From positions 1 through 59,615 of the forward strand of contig JAYUEN010000053.1 of assembly GCA_043739185.1 (NCBI GenBank): a DNA stretch of 59,615 bases. Direction: 5' to 3'. Positions 1-9,196 of the stretch are shown here, one piece after another. The translations under genes were made by a program, and so were the position numbers. The first letter of the stretch is position 1; the number at the start of each line of letters is the position of its first letter. Origin of the DNA: Bdellovibrionales bacterium (GTDB lineage: Bacteria; Bdellovibrionota; Bdellovibrionia; Bdellovibrionales; JAMPXM01). The notes below the pieces were generated by a model that was not told the DNA's origin, made no database searches, and worked only from the letters and a program-made list of their open reading frames with translations.

Positions 1-2331
1 ATCAATACGACATCAACCAGTACACAGTTGAATTATTTAAATGCAGCAACTGGTACTACAGGTACTGCAAGTTCAAACTTAGTATTTTCGGCTTCTCCAA
101 CATTTACCGGCACAGTTGTGATTCCGACGCCATTTACACTTGGCGCAACTTCAATGACATCAACTGGTACGCAACTTAATTATGTAAGTGCAGCAACAGG
201 TACAACAGGAACGACTAGTTCAAATTTAGTGTTTTCAGCATCACCAACATTTACGGGAACGGTCACAAGTGCAGCTGAAACGATAAGCGGATTATTGTCT
301 GCAAACGGCGGCATGGGTACTACAGAGATTGCTTCGGGTTCTGCGCCTGCGGCTGCGGCTGGTAAAGATTTTATATACGGCGATAGCACATCTCATTCTT
401 TTAAAGTTTCATATAATGGTGGTGGCTATACTCCGCTGTTAATAGGCTCAAATAACTTATCTGACTTGGTGAGTGCCTCAACGGCAAGAACAAATTTAGG
501 TTTGGGAACTGCATCGGTTTTAGCAACTACTTCAACAGGAGCTCAGTTAGATTATTTAAATATCGCATCAGGAACAACAGGAACAGCGAATGTTGTCTAT
601 TCAAATAGCCCGACACTTGTAACACCTAATTTAGGTACGCCTTCAACTTTAGTGGGAACTAATATTACTGGTACGGCTGCAAGTTTAACAGCGGGAAATG
701 CAACTGCCGCAGTGACAGCAACCAATATCGCAGGCGGACTTGTCGGTCAAATTCCTTATCAAACTGGTGCTGGTGCAACTACATTGTTGGCAAACATAGC
801 CGGAAACTCTGGACAAGTTTTAATGTCAAATGGTGCCGCGGCCCCATCTTGGTCAGCATCACTTAACCCAACTGGTACCTTGGCACTTGGTGGTGCCGCA
901 ACAACTGCTGTAAATTTACAACCAACGGGTACTAATGCCGCAGTAAATATAGCTCAAAATACAGGGTCAGGTAGCGTTAGTATAAATCAGAATCAAGGTT
1001 GGGCTGTTACGACAAATATTGGCGAAACAAATTCTGCGAACAATACAGCACTCAATATCGGAAACCAAACAACGACTGGTGCCGGTGTTGCAACCATTAA
1101 TATGGGTAATATTTCTGCGGCGGCCACAAGTACAACTCAAGCAATTACTATTGGTGCAAATAGTGCAGGCGGAAATTTGAGTAATATTACAACCAGCATT
1201 GGACCAGTAAGTACAGGTACTACGGGATTGACTACGGTAAGTATCGGTAACGTTAGTTCAGGCACAGCAGCGGCCGGCCAAAACAAAGTAAATATTGGTC
1301 AGCTTTCAGGAAGTACCTTAGCATTTACTCAAGTTAATATTGGTGGATCGTCAAATACAAATGCCAGCGCTTCAAACGCCACAGTAAATATAGGAAATAA
1401 TAGTCCGGCTTCAGGTACAACTTCAACATCTACGGTAAATATCGGAGTGAGCAATGTTAACTTCGGAGGCGCGACAGCAGTTAATATTGGTACCGGTACT
1501 AACAATACCGCAGCTGGAGCCGCAACCGTCATCATCGGATCAACGAGCCAAGCAGCGAATGCCACGACAATTACTGCGGGTTCGACTGGTGGGGTTTCAA
1601 TCGGAACTGCCAGTGCAATTCCTGTTACTATAGGCGGCACATCTTCAACAGGAGCAATCACGATTGGTCAAAGTACAAGTGCTGTAACTCAAAATATAAT
1701 TATAGGTGGATCTACTTCTGGTACTGCTCTCGGCACAATTCAAATCGGAGGCGGCGCCGGTACATCTTCAGGTGCGGTTAGCATTGGTAATAGTGCGACT
1801 TCAACTGCCGCTGTAAACGTTGGTAATACTGCTGCAACGGCAGCAACAGCAATTAAGTCAGGTACAGGCGGTCTCACAGCTGCAGTCACTGGTACCACAG
1901 GAAATATTGCGCTGACAGCCGGCTCTACGAGTGGAACAATTTCGGGTAACAAATCCTATGGTGGAGGCGTTCAAGCACTTACCGGAGCGGGCGGAGCCTA
2001 TAATCCAGCGGCGGACGGCTCGGCTTTGATGAATTTTACAGTTGGTACTTCAGCTACTACAGTTGCAACCATTTCAGGATGTAACTCAGGTCTTTATCCT
2101 CAGGGCGCGCCACTTACAATAGTTGTCGTGGGCGGAGGAGCTTGGTCACTTACGTATACAGATACAAACGTGGGTGCTGGAACGGCCGATCAGTTAGTTC
2201 TTAGTGGAGCTTATGCAACAGGAAATACTACAAGTACAACAGCTAGAGGTTCTAGTTTAACGTTAATGTGTACAACTATCAACGCAGTAAAAATGTGGGT
2301 AGAAGTTGGCCGAAGCATTAACGCGAACTAA
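1..2331 (+). CDS. Phage-tail-fibre-like / trimeric adhesin, Gly-Thr-Ser-Ala-rich (5' end lies outside window)
   Basis: Frame is open from base 1 (INTTSTSTQLNYL...). 49-aa repeats (TSTxTQLNYxxAATGTTGTxSSNLVFSASPTFTGTV), fibre-type motifs NNLSDL..ARTNLGLG and SPTLVTPNLGTPS, many VNIG/ITIG/VSIG beta repeats, C-terminal LMC...WVEVGRS tip. Confidence 0.7.
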   Translation: MNTTSTSTQLNYLNAATGTTGTASSNLVFSASPTFTGTVVIPTPFTLGATSMTSTGTQLNYVSAATGTTGTTSSNLVFSASPTFTGTVTSAAETISGLLSANGGMGTTEIASGSAPAAAAGKDFIYGDSTSHSFKVSYNGGGYTPLLIGSNNLSDLVSASTARTNLGLGTASVLATTSTGAQLDYLNIASGTTGTANVVYSNSPTLVTPNLGTPSTLVGTNITGTAASLTAGNATAAVTATNIAGGLVGQIPYQTGAGATTLLANIAGNSGQVLMSNGAAAPSWSASLNPTGTLALGGAATTAVNLQPTGTNAAVNIAQNTGSGSVSINQNQGWAVTTNIGETNSANNTALNIGNQTTTGAGVATINMGNISAAATSTTQAITIGANSAGGNLSNITTSIGPVSTGTTGLTTVSIGNVSSGTAAAGQNKVNIGQLSGSTLAFTQVNIGGSSNTNASASNATVNIGNNSPASGTTSTSTVNIGVSNVNFGGATAVNIGTGTNNTAAGAATVIIGSTSQAANATTITAGSTGGVSIGTASAIPVTIGGTSSTGAITIGQSTSAVTQNIIIGGSTSGTALGTIQIGGGAGTSSGAVSIGNSATSTAAVNVGNTAATAATAIKSGTGGLTAAVTGTTGNIALTAGSTSGTISGNKSYGGGVQALTGAGGAYNPAADGSALMNFTVGTSATTVATISGCNSGLYPQGAPLTIVVVGGGAWSLTYTDTNVGAGTADQLVLSGAYATGNTTSTTARGSSLTLMCTTINAVKMWVEVGRSINAN
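10..264 (+). repeat. Intragenic 147-bp-period direct repeat in the adhesin gene
   Basis: acatcaac..caatt/tat..gcagcaac..ggtac..agttcaaa..tagt..ttttc..ccaacatttac.gg units begin at 10 and 157; a more diverged third unit begins near 529. Confidence 0.8.
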
Positions 2332-2338
2332 TCTGGTT

Positions 2339-3121
2339 TCACATTGAAATAGCTTTACCGCCTGACTTCAAAACATCAGCATAATCATTTTCCAGCTGGG
2401 CTTTTCGTTCTGGCGAAAGCTTCATCATTAAAAAACGTGCCTCATTTATTTGTTTTACGCCTCCTGAAGGCTCGTGGCCCGCAATGAGAGCTCGAGCAAC
2501 AATCAATCTGACTTCGGGATTTTCTGTTGGAATTTCACGCAAAGGAATTGCAAGTTTGAGAGCTTCGGCCACTCGTTTTTGTCGCAACAATGGTGGAATA
2601 GTATCAAGCCTCACTTGCGGATCTTCAGTACGATTGGCGGCTTGTAGCATGGCTTCTGCGGCCTTGGGCTCATCTTTGTTACGAATAAAAATATTAGCCA
2701 TTCTAAGAAGTGCAGTTGGCTCTTTGTCAAATTTGGCTGAGACTTCATTTAAAATTCGAACAGCATCTTGATCATGGCCCTGCAATTCATGGGCAATGGC
2801 AATGGATAAATAGACTCCAAAAGTTTCAATTTTTGACTCGAGACAGGCTTGCGCAGCCCACTCGAGCCTTTCGCCCTTTTTGGCATTGGCAAAAGTATTG
2901 AGAAGCAGATTGCAGTCTTTTTCATTTGAGGTGAGTTGTTTGCGATAAGGTTCTAGCCTGTCATAGGCGAGGGCCCAAAATCCCTTTTTGGATTCCTCGT
3001 CAGCTTTGCTTACTTCTCGTTGCAGGCAATATGCTCTGCCAAAGTGGGTCGCGGCCCAGCCGCCGCCGGCTAATATGCAAATTACAAATAATGAAATAAT
3101 GATTCGCTTTCGAGATGCCAT
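2339..3121 (-). CDS. Membrane-anchored TPR-like helical repeat protein
   Basis: N-terminal basic plus hydrophobic anchor (MASRKRIIISLFVICILAGG), followed by Ala-rich helical pairs. Start chosen at ATG 3121 after GGGGA. Confidence 0.65.
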   Translation of the reverse strand: MASRKRIIISLFVICILAGGGWAATHFGRAYCLQREVSKADEESKKGFWALAYDRLEPYRKQLTSNEKDCNLLLNTFANAKKGERLEWAAQACLESKIETFGVYLSIAIAHELQGHDQDAVRILNEVSAKFDKEPTALLRMANIFIRNKDEPKAAEAMLQAANRTEDPQVRLDTIPPLLRQKRVAEALKLAIPLREIPTENPEVRLIVARALIAGHEPSGGVKQINEARFLMMKLSPERKAQLENDYADVLKSGGKAISM

Positions 3122-3227
3122 ACAGTTTCCCCATGGTGATATTAATATCAAATTATTATAGTTCAGTTTTTGTAGTTTGTTTCAAATAGAAGTTGCGATC
3201 CTAGACGAAAGAACTGCGGCAGGTGCA

Positions 3228-4385
3228 TCATAGTCCAATATGTTTTATCAATTGAGATAGTTCACAAATCGTAACCTTGCCTATTTTTTTTACTGGGGTC
3301 TTCAGGCATACCAAAAACAGCCCTGAGATATTTTTTTTATATTCAGTAAAGCGTTCAAGCTTTTGTGCATCGGTTGCGCCGACCACTCCAGATTTAATTT
3401 CTATGGCGTAAGTGCTATTGTCGATTTCAAGGATCAAATCGACCTCGTAACCAGAGCGAGTTCTGAAGTAACTCATTTTTACTTTTTTGTCGCGAGCTTT
3501 AGCTGAGGCTGTGACTTGATTGATAACTAGATGTTCAAAGAGAATTCCTTTTCGATCATTTGAAATATTGAAGTTTTCGAGAAGGCCATTTAAAACGCCA
3601 GTATCAAAAAAATAAAATTTGGGCCGCTTTTTAATGTCTGCATTTGTTTTTTCGTAAACTTCGAGACGAGATGAAATTAAGGTGTCTTCGAGAATTTCAT
3701 AAAAACGCGTACAAATTTTTCTTTCAATCTTTGCCTGCTTTGCAATTTTTGAAAAATCAAGTATCTGCCCAGAATTTTCAGCGGCAATATTAATAAAACG
3801 TGAGAAGCCCTCAAGATTCCGGGTCAGCGCTTCCGCCTTGATTTCCTCTTTTAAATAAACTGCCGAGTAAGTTGAAAGCAATTTTTCAGCTTCAGCGCTA
3901 TTTTTAAGTAAATATGGCTCGGGCAGGGTGCCCAAGCTCAGGGCTCTTTCAATATCAAGGTCATATTTCAGCTCTGCCGTGCAGAGAGGTCCTAGCTGAT
4001 ATGAGAAAATCCGACCAGGCAAAAGATTGGCGTGACCTCGTTTGAGTTTACGTGCGCTTGAGCCTGTTAAAAAGAATTTTGTCCTATTTTTTTTGTCATC
4101 GAGTACTGCCTGGATAGTATTGAGTAAGCTTGGTAATCTCTGAATTTCATCTATAAAAACAGTTTTATATTCTTGTTCCTTAAGGCGCTGCCTGAGTTCA
4201 TCGGGATTACTTGCAAACTCAAGATAGGTTCTTTCATCACTGAGATTGATCGAAAGCTCTGGATTGAGTTCTTGAATCAAGGTGGATTTCCCAACTTGGC
4301 GTGGCCCAAGCAATAAGATGCTTTTTGTACTCGACCTGATTTGCATTGAAAGGAGACGGGAAATTTCTGTACTCATTGTTTCCAT
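3228..4385 (-). CDS. AAA_14 ATPase with C-terminal DUF4143 (PD-(D/E)XK-like) domain
   Basis: Walker A GPRQVGKST, Walker B VFIDEIQ, LTGSSAR, KFYFFDTG and YFRTRSGYEVDLILE..AIEIK motifs. Start is 4385 or 4376. Confidence 0.9.
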   Translation of the reverse strand: METMSTEISRLLSMQIRSSTKSILLLGPRQVGKSTLIQELNPELSINLSDERTYLEFASNPDELRQRLKEQEYKTVFIDEIQRLPSLLNTIQAVLDDKKNRTKFFLTGSSARKLKRGHANLLPGRIFSYQLGPLCTAELKYDLDIERALSLGTLPEPYLLKNSAEAEKLLSTYSAVYLKEEIKAEALTRNLEGFSRFINIAAENSGQILDFSKIAKQAKIERKICTRFYEILEDTLISSRLEVYEKTNADIKKRPKFYFFDTGVLNGLLENFNISNDRKGILFEHLVINQVTASAKARDKKVKMSYFRTRSGYEVDLILEIDNSTYAIEIKSGVVGATDAQKLERFTEYKKNISGLFLVCLKTPVKKIGKVTICELSQLIKHIGL

Positions 4386-4641
4386 ATTAGCATGCAAAAT
4401 GGACATTGCAATACCAAATTGTTATATGTTAGCTGCGAGGCATAGCCAATTCGAAACGGGTAAGATGTCGCTCTCGAAGGCGAGAATTCTATTGAAATCA
4501 GGCCCGTGGTTACCCCTCTGAGAAAATACAACCTGGGAAGTTGTATTTTCTCAGAGGGGGCTAGCCGAGAACTCAGGTCTCTGGTCCTGTAAAGACAATC
4601 GACGAAATTCGTGAGATGCGCAAATCGCCAGAAGCTTTTCT

Positions 4642-4668
4642 TTACCCTAGCAATTGCATAGCCGATAA
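4642..4668 (+). promoter_or_regulatory. FliA (sigma28)-type promoter upstream of the TonB-family gene
   Basis: TTAC-N15-GCCGATAA, with a perfect -10 octamer. Confidence 0.6.
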
Positions 4669-4681
4669 ACCAATAAGGCTT

Positions 4682-5554
4682 ATGCTGAAGAAAAATAGGG
4701 TTGAAAAAACATTTGCGGTCTCGCTCTCGCTTCATCTATTGATGTTTCTGGCGGTTTCTATTCACTTTCCAAAAGCCAAAAAAGAAGCGCCAATTGAGAT
4801 TGCCTTTATTGAAACCAAACCGAAAAAACCAAAGTTCAAAGCACTCAAGCCGCCGCCGCCACCTCAGGAGCCCGCACTGGTGCAGCCCCCTCCAATGAAA
4901 ATGATCACGCAAGAAAGCAAACCTGAAAATGAAAAAGAGCCGCAAAATGCAAAATATTTTGCCGAACACAATCAAACGGTAGAGAAGCAAACGCGCGCGA
5001 AAAAGTTGAGCCAAATTAAAGAAGTAAAGAAAGTCGCAAGTAGGCAGCCGGCACAAGCTCCAACAATTAAGACAGTGGCTGAGTCGGACATTGCCTTAAA
5101 GAAAGAACCCGACAATAAGCCGCTTGAGGCACCAGATGATGAGGGGCCAGCAGTAAGCAATGAAGACAAAGTGATTGAGGATAAAGGCTTGGTGACTCTC
5201 GTTAATACCAAGGCCTTTAAATATTATGCTTACTGCAAGCGTATCAAAGATAAGATTCAGGGCCTGTGGGAGCCGCAGATAAAAGCTAAGATTTTGAAAA
5301 ATATGGGTAAGGACCGCTTTATGGCCTCACTTGCGGATGAAGAAAAGACCACTAAGGCTATTATTATATTAGATGCCCAAGGCGCCTTGTTGGGTGTGCA
5401 AGTGATCGGTACTTCAGGAATCGAAGATATGGACTCTACTGCGGTTGATGCCTTCAGAGCGGCAGCGCCTTTTCCGAATCCACCTTTAGGTATTATTGAT
5501 CCGGACGGAAAAATTCGTATACGTTGGGACTTTGTCCTCAGTGACGCCAATTAA
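4682..5554 (+). CDS. TonB-family energy transducer (TonB C-terminal domain)
   Basis: TM helix with SLSLH (SxxxH), Pro/Lys-rich linker, and C-terminal YCKRIKDKIQGLW...SGIEDMDSTAVDAFRAAAPFPNPP. Confidence 0.85.
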   Translation: MLKKNRVEKTFAVSLSLHLLMFLAVSIHFPKAKKEAPIEIAFIETKPKKPKFKALKPPPPPQEPALVQPPPMKMITQESKPENEKEPQNAKYFAEHNQTVEKQTRAKKLSQIKEVKKVASRQPAQAPTIKTVAESDIALKKEPDNKPLEAPDDEGPAVSNEDKVIEDKGLVTLVNTKAFKYYAYCKRIKDKIQGLWEPQIKAKILKNMGKDRFMASLADEEKTTKAIIILDAQGALLGVQVIGTSGIEDMDSTAVDAFRAAAPFPNPPLGIIDPDGKIRIRWDFVLSDAN

Positions 5555-5564
5555 AGAAATGCCT

Positions 5565-5605
5565 AAAAGAAATGGCAGAGCGGGGGAGTTTCCTCCCCGT
5601 TCCGT
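5565..5605 (-). terminator. Intrinsic terminator (possibly bidirectional)
   Basis: Minus strand reads ACGGAACGGGGAG-GAAA-CTCCCCCGCTCTGCCATTTCTTTT: GC-rich stem, GNRA loop and U-rich tail. Confidence 0.65.
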
Positions 5606-5676
5606 TACAGGCGGGCTTGTTGGTAGGTGTTTTAGCTCACAAGGATCCCACGACTGTGGCGGAGCTGAAGAGACAC
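5565..5676 (-). ncRNA. Candidate sigma54-dependent small RNA (~110 nt)
   Basis: A sigma54 motif at 5702-5687 and an intrinsic terminator at 5605-5565 bracket a structured segment with no convincing ORF (stems GUGU/ACAC, AGCUC/GAGCU, CCAC/GUGG). Confidence 0.55.
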
Positions 5677-5686
5677 TTGTACATAT

Positions 5687-5702
5687 AGCAAGCCCAGGAC
5701 CA
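5687..5702 (-). promoter_or_regulatory. sigma54 (-24/-12) promoter
   Basis: Minus strand TGGTCCTGGGCTTGCT = GG-N10-GC with TTGC. Confidence 0.65.
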
Positions 5703-6091
5703 CTATTTTCGGTGACATTTCCGCACTACGCGCAGAATTGTCAGGGCTTTTTAGGTCTAGGATTCAATCTGCGGGCATCCCGCGAAAAACTGTAAAATTT
5801 AGAATTTTGAAAAAAGACTTGAAGGTGCGAAAAGACACTTCGATCCAAATGCTTTTGATGATCTCTATAAAATAAATTGTGACGATACCAGGCTCTACCC
5901 TGTTAGAAATTTGTTCAGCTTTTAAAAAGCCCCTACTTTCAAGGCTTAAGCTCATACTTTGGGGCAAAGTGGATCCTTTTGAGACAATCAGGTTCTTTGC
6001 CACCAATCACTAAGCTTTGATTTGTCACTTTTTATGACTTTAAAAAATCTATAAAAATTAAATACTTAGCTTTGGCTTTTTGAAATTTACT

Positions 6092-6107
6092 AGGCGCGGC
6101 TTTTGAA
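6092..6107 (+). promoter_or_regulatory. sigma54-like promoter (GA variant) upstream of the matrixin gene
   Basis: AGGCGCGGCTTTTGAA = GG-N10-GA. Confidence 0.4.
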
Positions 6108-6115
6108 ATGGGTTT

Positions 6116-6769
6116 ATGGTACGGAGGCTGCAATTGATTCTTGTGAAGCGACTGTTTAATTGGAAGAGACTTTTCTTAGTTTTGTTTTTAGCTGCGAATG
6201 CAGTTTGGATTCAGGCCTGCGGAAAGCAAAATCTCGCGCAAGACTCGTGCAACTTCGTGCAAAATAGCGAAGGGCAGCGGGTTTCGTGGGGTGGCGGATC
6301 AAGCGTGAGCTTTTACGTCGATCAATCTGTTCCAACTCAATATTTCGCTGCGATTCAGGCAGCCGCTGATTCTTGGAATCAGAAGCTCGGCCACCAGCAG
6401 GTTGTGATTGCTGGTTGGGCGCAAAAACCCGGATCGCCCGCGCAAGATGGATTGAATGTAATTTACTTTATGAATACTTGGGATGCGAATTTAGTGAATG
6501 AACAGGCCCGAACGACAATATATTGGAGCGCGAACAGAATTACTGAGGCGGATATATTGATTGATGCGAAGAATTTCACGTTTTCGACTGCGGCAGCGCA
6601 GCCCGGTCAAGTGGATCTTCAGAGTTTGGTCCTTCATGAGTTTGGGCATGCTTTGGGTTTGAAGCATGTGCAAGAGACGACAAGCGTAATGGTGCCGACT
6701 CTAGCTTATGATTATTTGAGAAGAACGCCGCAGACATTTGATCTGACTTCTCTGAAGTGTGAATATTAA
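6116..6769 (+). CDS. Matrixin (M10-like) metalloprotease lipoprotein
   Basis: HEFGHALGLKH zinc motif, SVM Met-turn, IQAC lipobox. The start may be slightly downstream. Confidence 0.9.
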   Translation: MVRRLQLILVKRLFNWKRLFLVLFLAANAVWIQACGKQNLAQDSCNFVQNSEGQRVSWGGGSSVSFYVDQSVPTQYFAAIQAAADSWNQKLGHQQVVIAGWAQKPGSPAQDGLNVIYFMNTWDANLVNEQARTTIYWSANRITEADILIDAKNFTFSTAAAQPGQVDLQSLVLHEFGHALGLKHVQETTSVMVPTLAYDYLRRTPQTFDLTSLKCEY

Positions 6770-6921
6770 GTGTGAATATTATACGAAGAGTAATTGTTCT
6801 AAATGTTTTTTTTGCTTTTTTAGTTGTGAACACAGACCAAAGACCAATAAGATATTGGAGTGCTCACATTTTTCAGATGCACGTTGTTGGACCCTAGAGG
6901 TCAGAAGAGGTAGGCCGTATT

Positions 6922-7146
6922 ATGAATCATCTATTTACACCAGCTGTAGAGAGCACATCGGCAGGCCAAAATTTTTCTCCCGATATTTCTCAGGGACTCG
7001 AGTATCATGAACTCGGAGTTCGTCATCCCCATGAGGCAAATGTTCTTGAGGAGCTTAAAAGTAATTTAGCTCAATTAGAAGATTTGCATTTTCGCCTTAA
7101 GTATATGATGGCTGAAATCGGCCAGCATACCCGCAGACGCGCTTAA
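6922..7146 (+). CDS. Small hypothetical protein
   Basis: 74-aa ORF after a GAGG RBS, with a C-terminal amphipathic helix (LKSNLAQLEDLHFRLKYMM). Confidence 0.6.
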   Translation: MNHLFTPAVESTSAGQNFSPDISQGLEYHELGVRHPHEANVLEELKSNLAQLEDLHFRLKYMMAEIGQHTRRRA

Positions 7147-8183
7147 ATCGTAGTCGCCGGCCGCAAATCTTTCTTCGGAATCGTAACCGTAAGATTCCCA
7201 TCTTCATCAAATTGTTTCACCATCATATGAGATACAACGGGATAACTTAACTTAAATTCCTGGCGATGGGTTTGATAAGAATTGGTCGTCGACTTTTGGT
7301 TTGCGCCCTCGATCTTCGCTTCATTTGAGCGATAAGATTCGAGTACGACTTTGTCGTCTTTTACATGAATATCAAAATTATTTTTTTCGGGTTGAGGAAT
7401 TTTGGCGGTGAGAACATAAGCCCCTTCAGTTTCTTTGAGCTGGGCATCTAAAGTTCTGGCTTGGTAAAAGGGGTCGTCAATTCTGCTTTCGAAAGCATTC
7501 GCCTTGCTAAGAAGTTGCTGTTGTTGACGGTAAATTTCTTTTAAGAAATTTTGCTTTTGGAGATTGATGCTCTCTTTGTTTTGGCCCTCGTTTTTAACAA
7601 AAAGTTCATTGTATTTTTTGGTGAGCTCTTGAATATTTCGGCGCTGAAGATCAGAAGTCTCGCGGCGCTTGGTATCGTATTGAGTATCTAGTTTTTGTTG
7701 ATCCTCGGTGAATTGCTTTTTTTCGTTTTCAAGTTGTCCGTGATAAAAATTCTCGTCGTTGTGATGTTGAATATCATATTTATCTTTGGTGGCTTTTAGT
7801 TCCGATTCACCTTTTCTTTGCGTGGCAAAGATATCTTTTGAATATTGCTTTTGAATTCCTTCAGCAGAGCGAATGCCCTGCTCTTGCGTGGCTTTTACTT
7901 TTTGTTTGGCTTCGCTATCGACGCGCGCGAGGACTTGATCGGCATTTTCTTGAATAATACCCGCTTCACTTTCAACCCGCTTTTGTGAGTCTTTTCGAAT
8001 ATGGCTGATCGCTGCATCTCCGCTATCGCGAACTTCTTGTTCATGCTTGAGATAAGCTTTTTGAATTTGCCGCATTTTAACTTCGTGATCAGATTTAAGA
8101 TCTTGCTTGCGAGATTCGAATTCATCATTCACTTCTCGCAGCGACTGTGCTTGCATTTGTGGGGAAATTACCAGATCTGCCAT
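7143..8183 (-). CDS. Coiled-coil protein with C-terminal Hsp20/alpha-crystallin-like domain
   Basis: About 230 aa of Q/E/K-rich helix, then ETEGAYVLTAKIP...FDIHVKDDKVVL...RQEFKL...DGNLTVTIPK. Confidence 0.75.
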   Translation of the reverse strand: MADLVISPQMQAQSLREVNDEFESRKQDLKSDHEVKMRQIQKAYLKHEQEVRDSGDAAISHIRKDSQKRVESEAGIIQENADQVLARVDSEAKQKVKATQEQGIRSAEGIQKQYSKDIFATQRKGESELKATKDKYDIQHHNDENFYHGQLENEKKQFTEDQQKLDTQYDTKRRETSDLQRRNIQELTKKYNELFVKNEGQNKESINLQKQNFLKEIYRQQQQLLSKANAFESRIDDPFYQARTLDAQLKETEGAYVLTAKIPQPEKNNFDIHVKDDKVVLESYRSNEAKIEGANQKSTTNSYQTHRQEFKLSYPVVSHMMVKQFDEDGNLTVTIPKKDLRPATTI

Positions 8184-8239
8184 CGTCTCATTTTAGCACG
8201 ATCTGAGATTTAAAAGGGAGGTGCTATGAAATTTTAGGC

Positions 8240-8578
8240 TTAGGGCTTGGGCTGAGCGAGGGCCTGCAGGGCGGCCGGGATTTGCGAGGCTGAGGCCTGC
8301 GTGCTGATTAAGGCTGCTGTGGCTGTGCTTGGGGCAGGAACTGGCGGCGTTGGCCTATCGCAAATGGGTTGAAATTGATCCGTGCGATTTCGGCACATCC
8401 AAGTCGAGGTGATTTGAATGCGTTCATCTTTTTGAAGTGGATAATACATTGGATACTGCAAATGATCGAGAGTCGAGAGCACGACTCGACTTTGGTTGGT
8501 CGAGGCATTGGTAATATTGAGCTCAAAGGCGCGGTATTCAGCATGAGCAGAAAATATGAAAAATAGTAAAGTGATCAC
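8240..8578 (-). CDS. Small secreted hypothetical protein
   Basis: Signal-like AHA|E, two Cys (TWMC...PIC), Pro/Ala tail. FliA-like motif TAAC-N15-GCCGATTT at 8611-8585. Confidence 0.6.
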   Translation of the reverse strand: MITLLFFIFSAHAEYRAFELNITNASTNQSRVVLSTLDHLQYPMYYPLQKDERIQITSTWMCRNRTDQFQPICDRPTPPVPAPSTATAALISTQASASQIPAALQALAQPKP

Positions 8579-8661
8579 CCTTTAAAATCGGCAGAAATTC
8601 AAAAGAAGTTAACCCAGATGAAAAATCTCTGGGTCATCATTAAAAGTAATTTGAAAAACGA

Positions 8662-9006
8662 CTAGTGGCGGACGTCGGAACTTGCGAGAATCGTATTTTC
8701 AACCAATTGAAAATAAGCTCGCACTAGCAATTCATAAGTGTCTGAATCGAGAGTTTCAAGAAAGAGCTTTTTTTCTTGAATGCTGGGTCTCTCTATAAAG
8801 CGGGTGAGGAGGTCCTGTACTTTCTGTACATTGGCCTGATCCTTCAACTTCTTCTCAAGGCTCTTTTGGCTCAAAACTTTGATGAGTTCTTTATTGTCGA
8901 ACATAAAGTGAATGCCTTGAGTGCTCTGCTGTAGAAGGTATTCAATCTGTTCTAAATTTTTCTCATCTTGTTTGATCTGTTTGTCCCTTGGGGGGTTCTC
9001 GAGCAC
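8662..9006 (-). CDS. Hypothetical helical protein
   Basis: GTG at 9006 preceded by AAGGAGG; natural protein composition. Confidence 0.7.
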   Translation of the reverse strand: MLENPPRDKQIKQDEKNLEQIEYLLQQSTQGIHFMFDNKELIKVLSQKSLEKKLKDQANVQKVQDLLTRFIERPSIQEKKLFLETLDSDTYELLVRAYFQLVENTILASSDVRH

Positions 9007-9196
9007 ACACGCCTCCTTGCGTGAAATGTTTGATACACCATAAGGCCAAACTTGGTTAAAGATTTGTCCTTGTTTCAAGTCTGAGGAAAGTATTTGAAAT
9101 GCGCAAGTCATTTTGAGGCAAAATTGACAAGATAAGTCAGCTGCCGTACCATATTAAGAGAGTCGTAAAATGCTCCCTTCAGAAGAGGTGTGAATC

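Noticed and set aside
1..2331. Prophage
   Set aside because: Only fibre-like motifs; no capsid, terminase, portal or integrase genes in the window. Upstream sequence is not visible.
5571..5605. TGGCAGAGCGGGGGAG looks like the reverse-complement 3' end of a tRNA or tmRNA
   Set aside because: No TTCGA T-loop and no cloverleaf; better explained as a terminator hairpin.
5496..6006. ORFs 5496-5795 (+) and 5764-6006 (-)
   Set aside because: No RBS or recognisable motifs; they overlap the terminator, sRNA candidate and promoter DNA.
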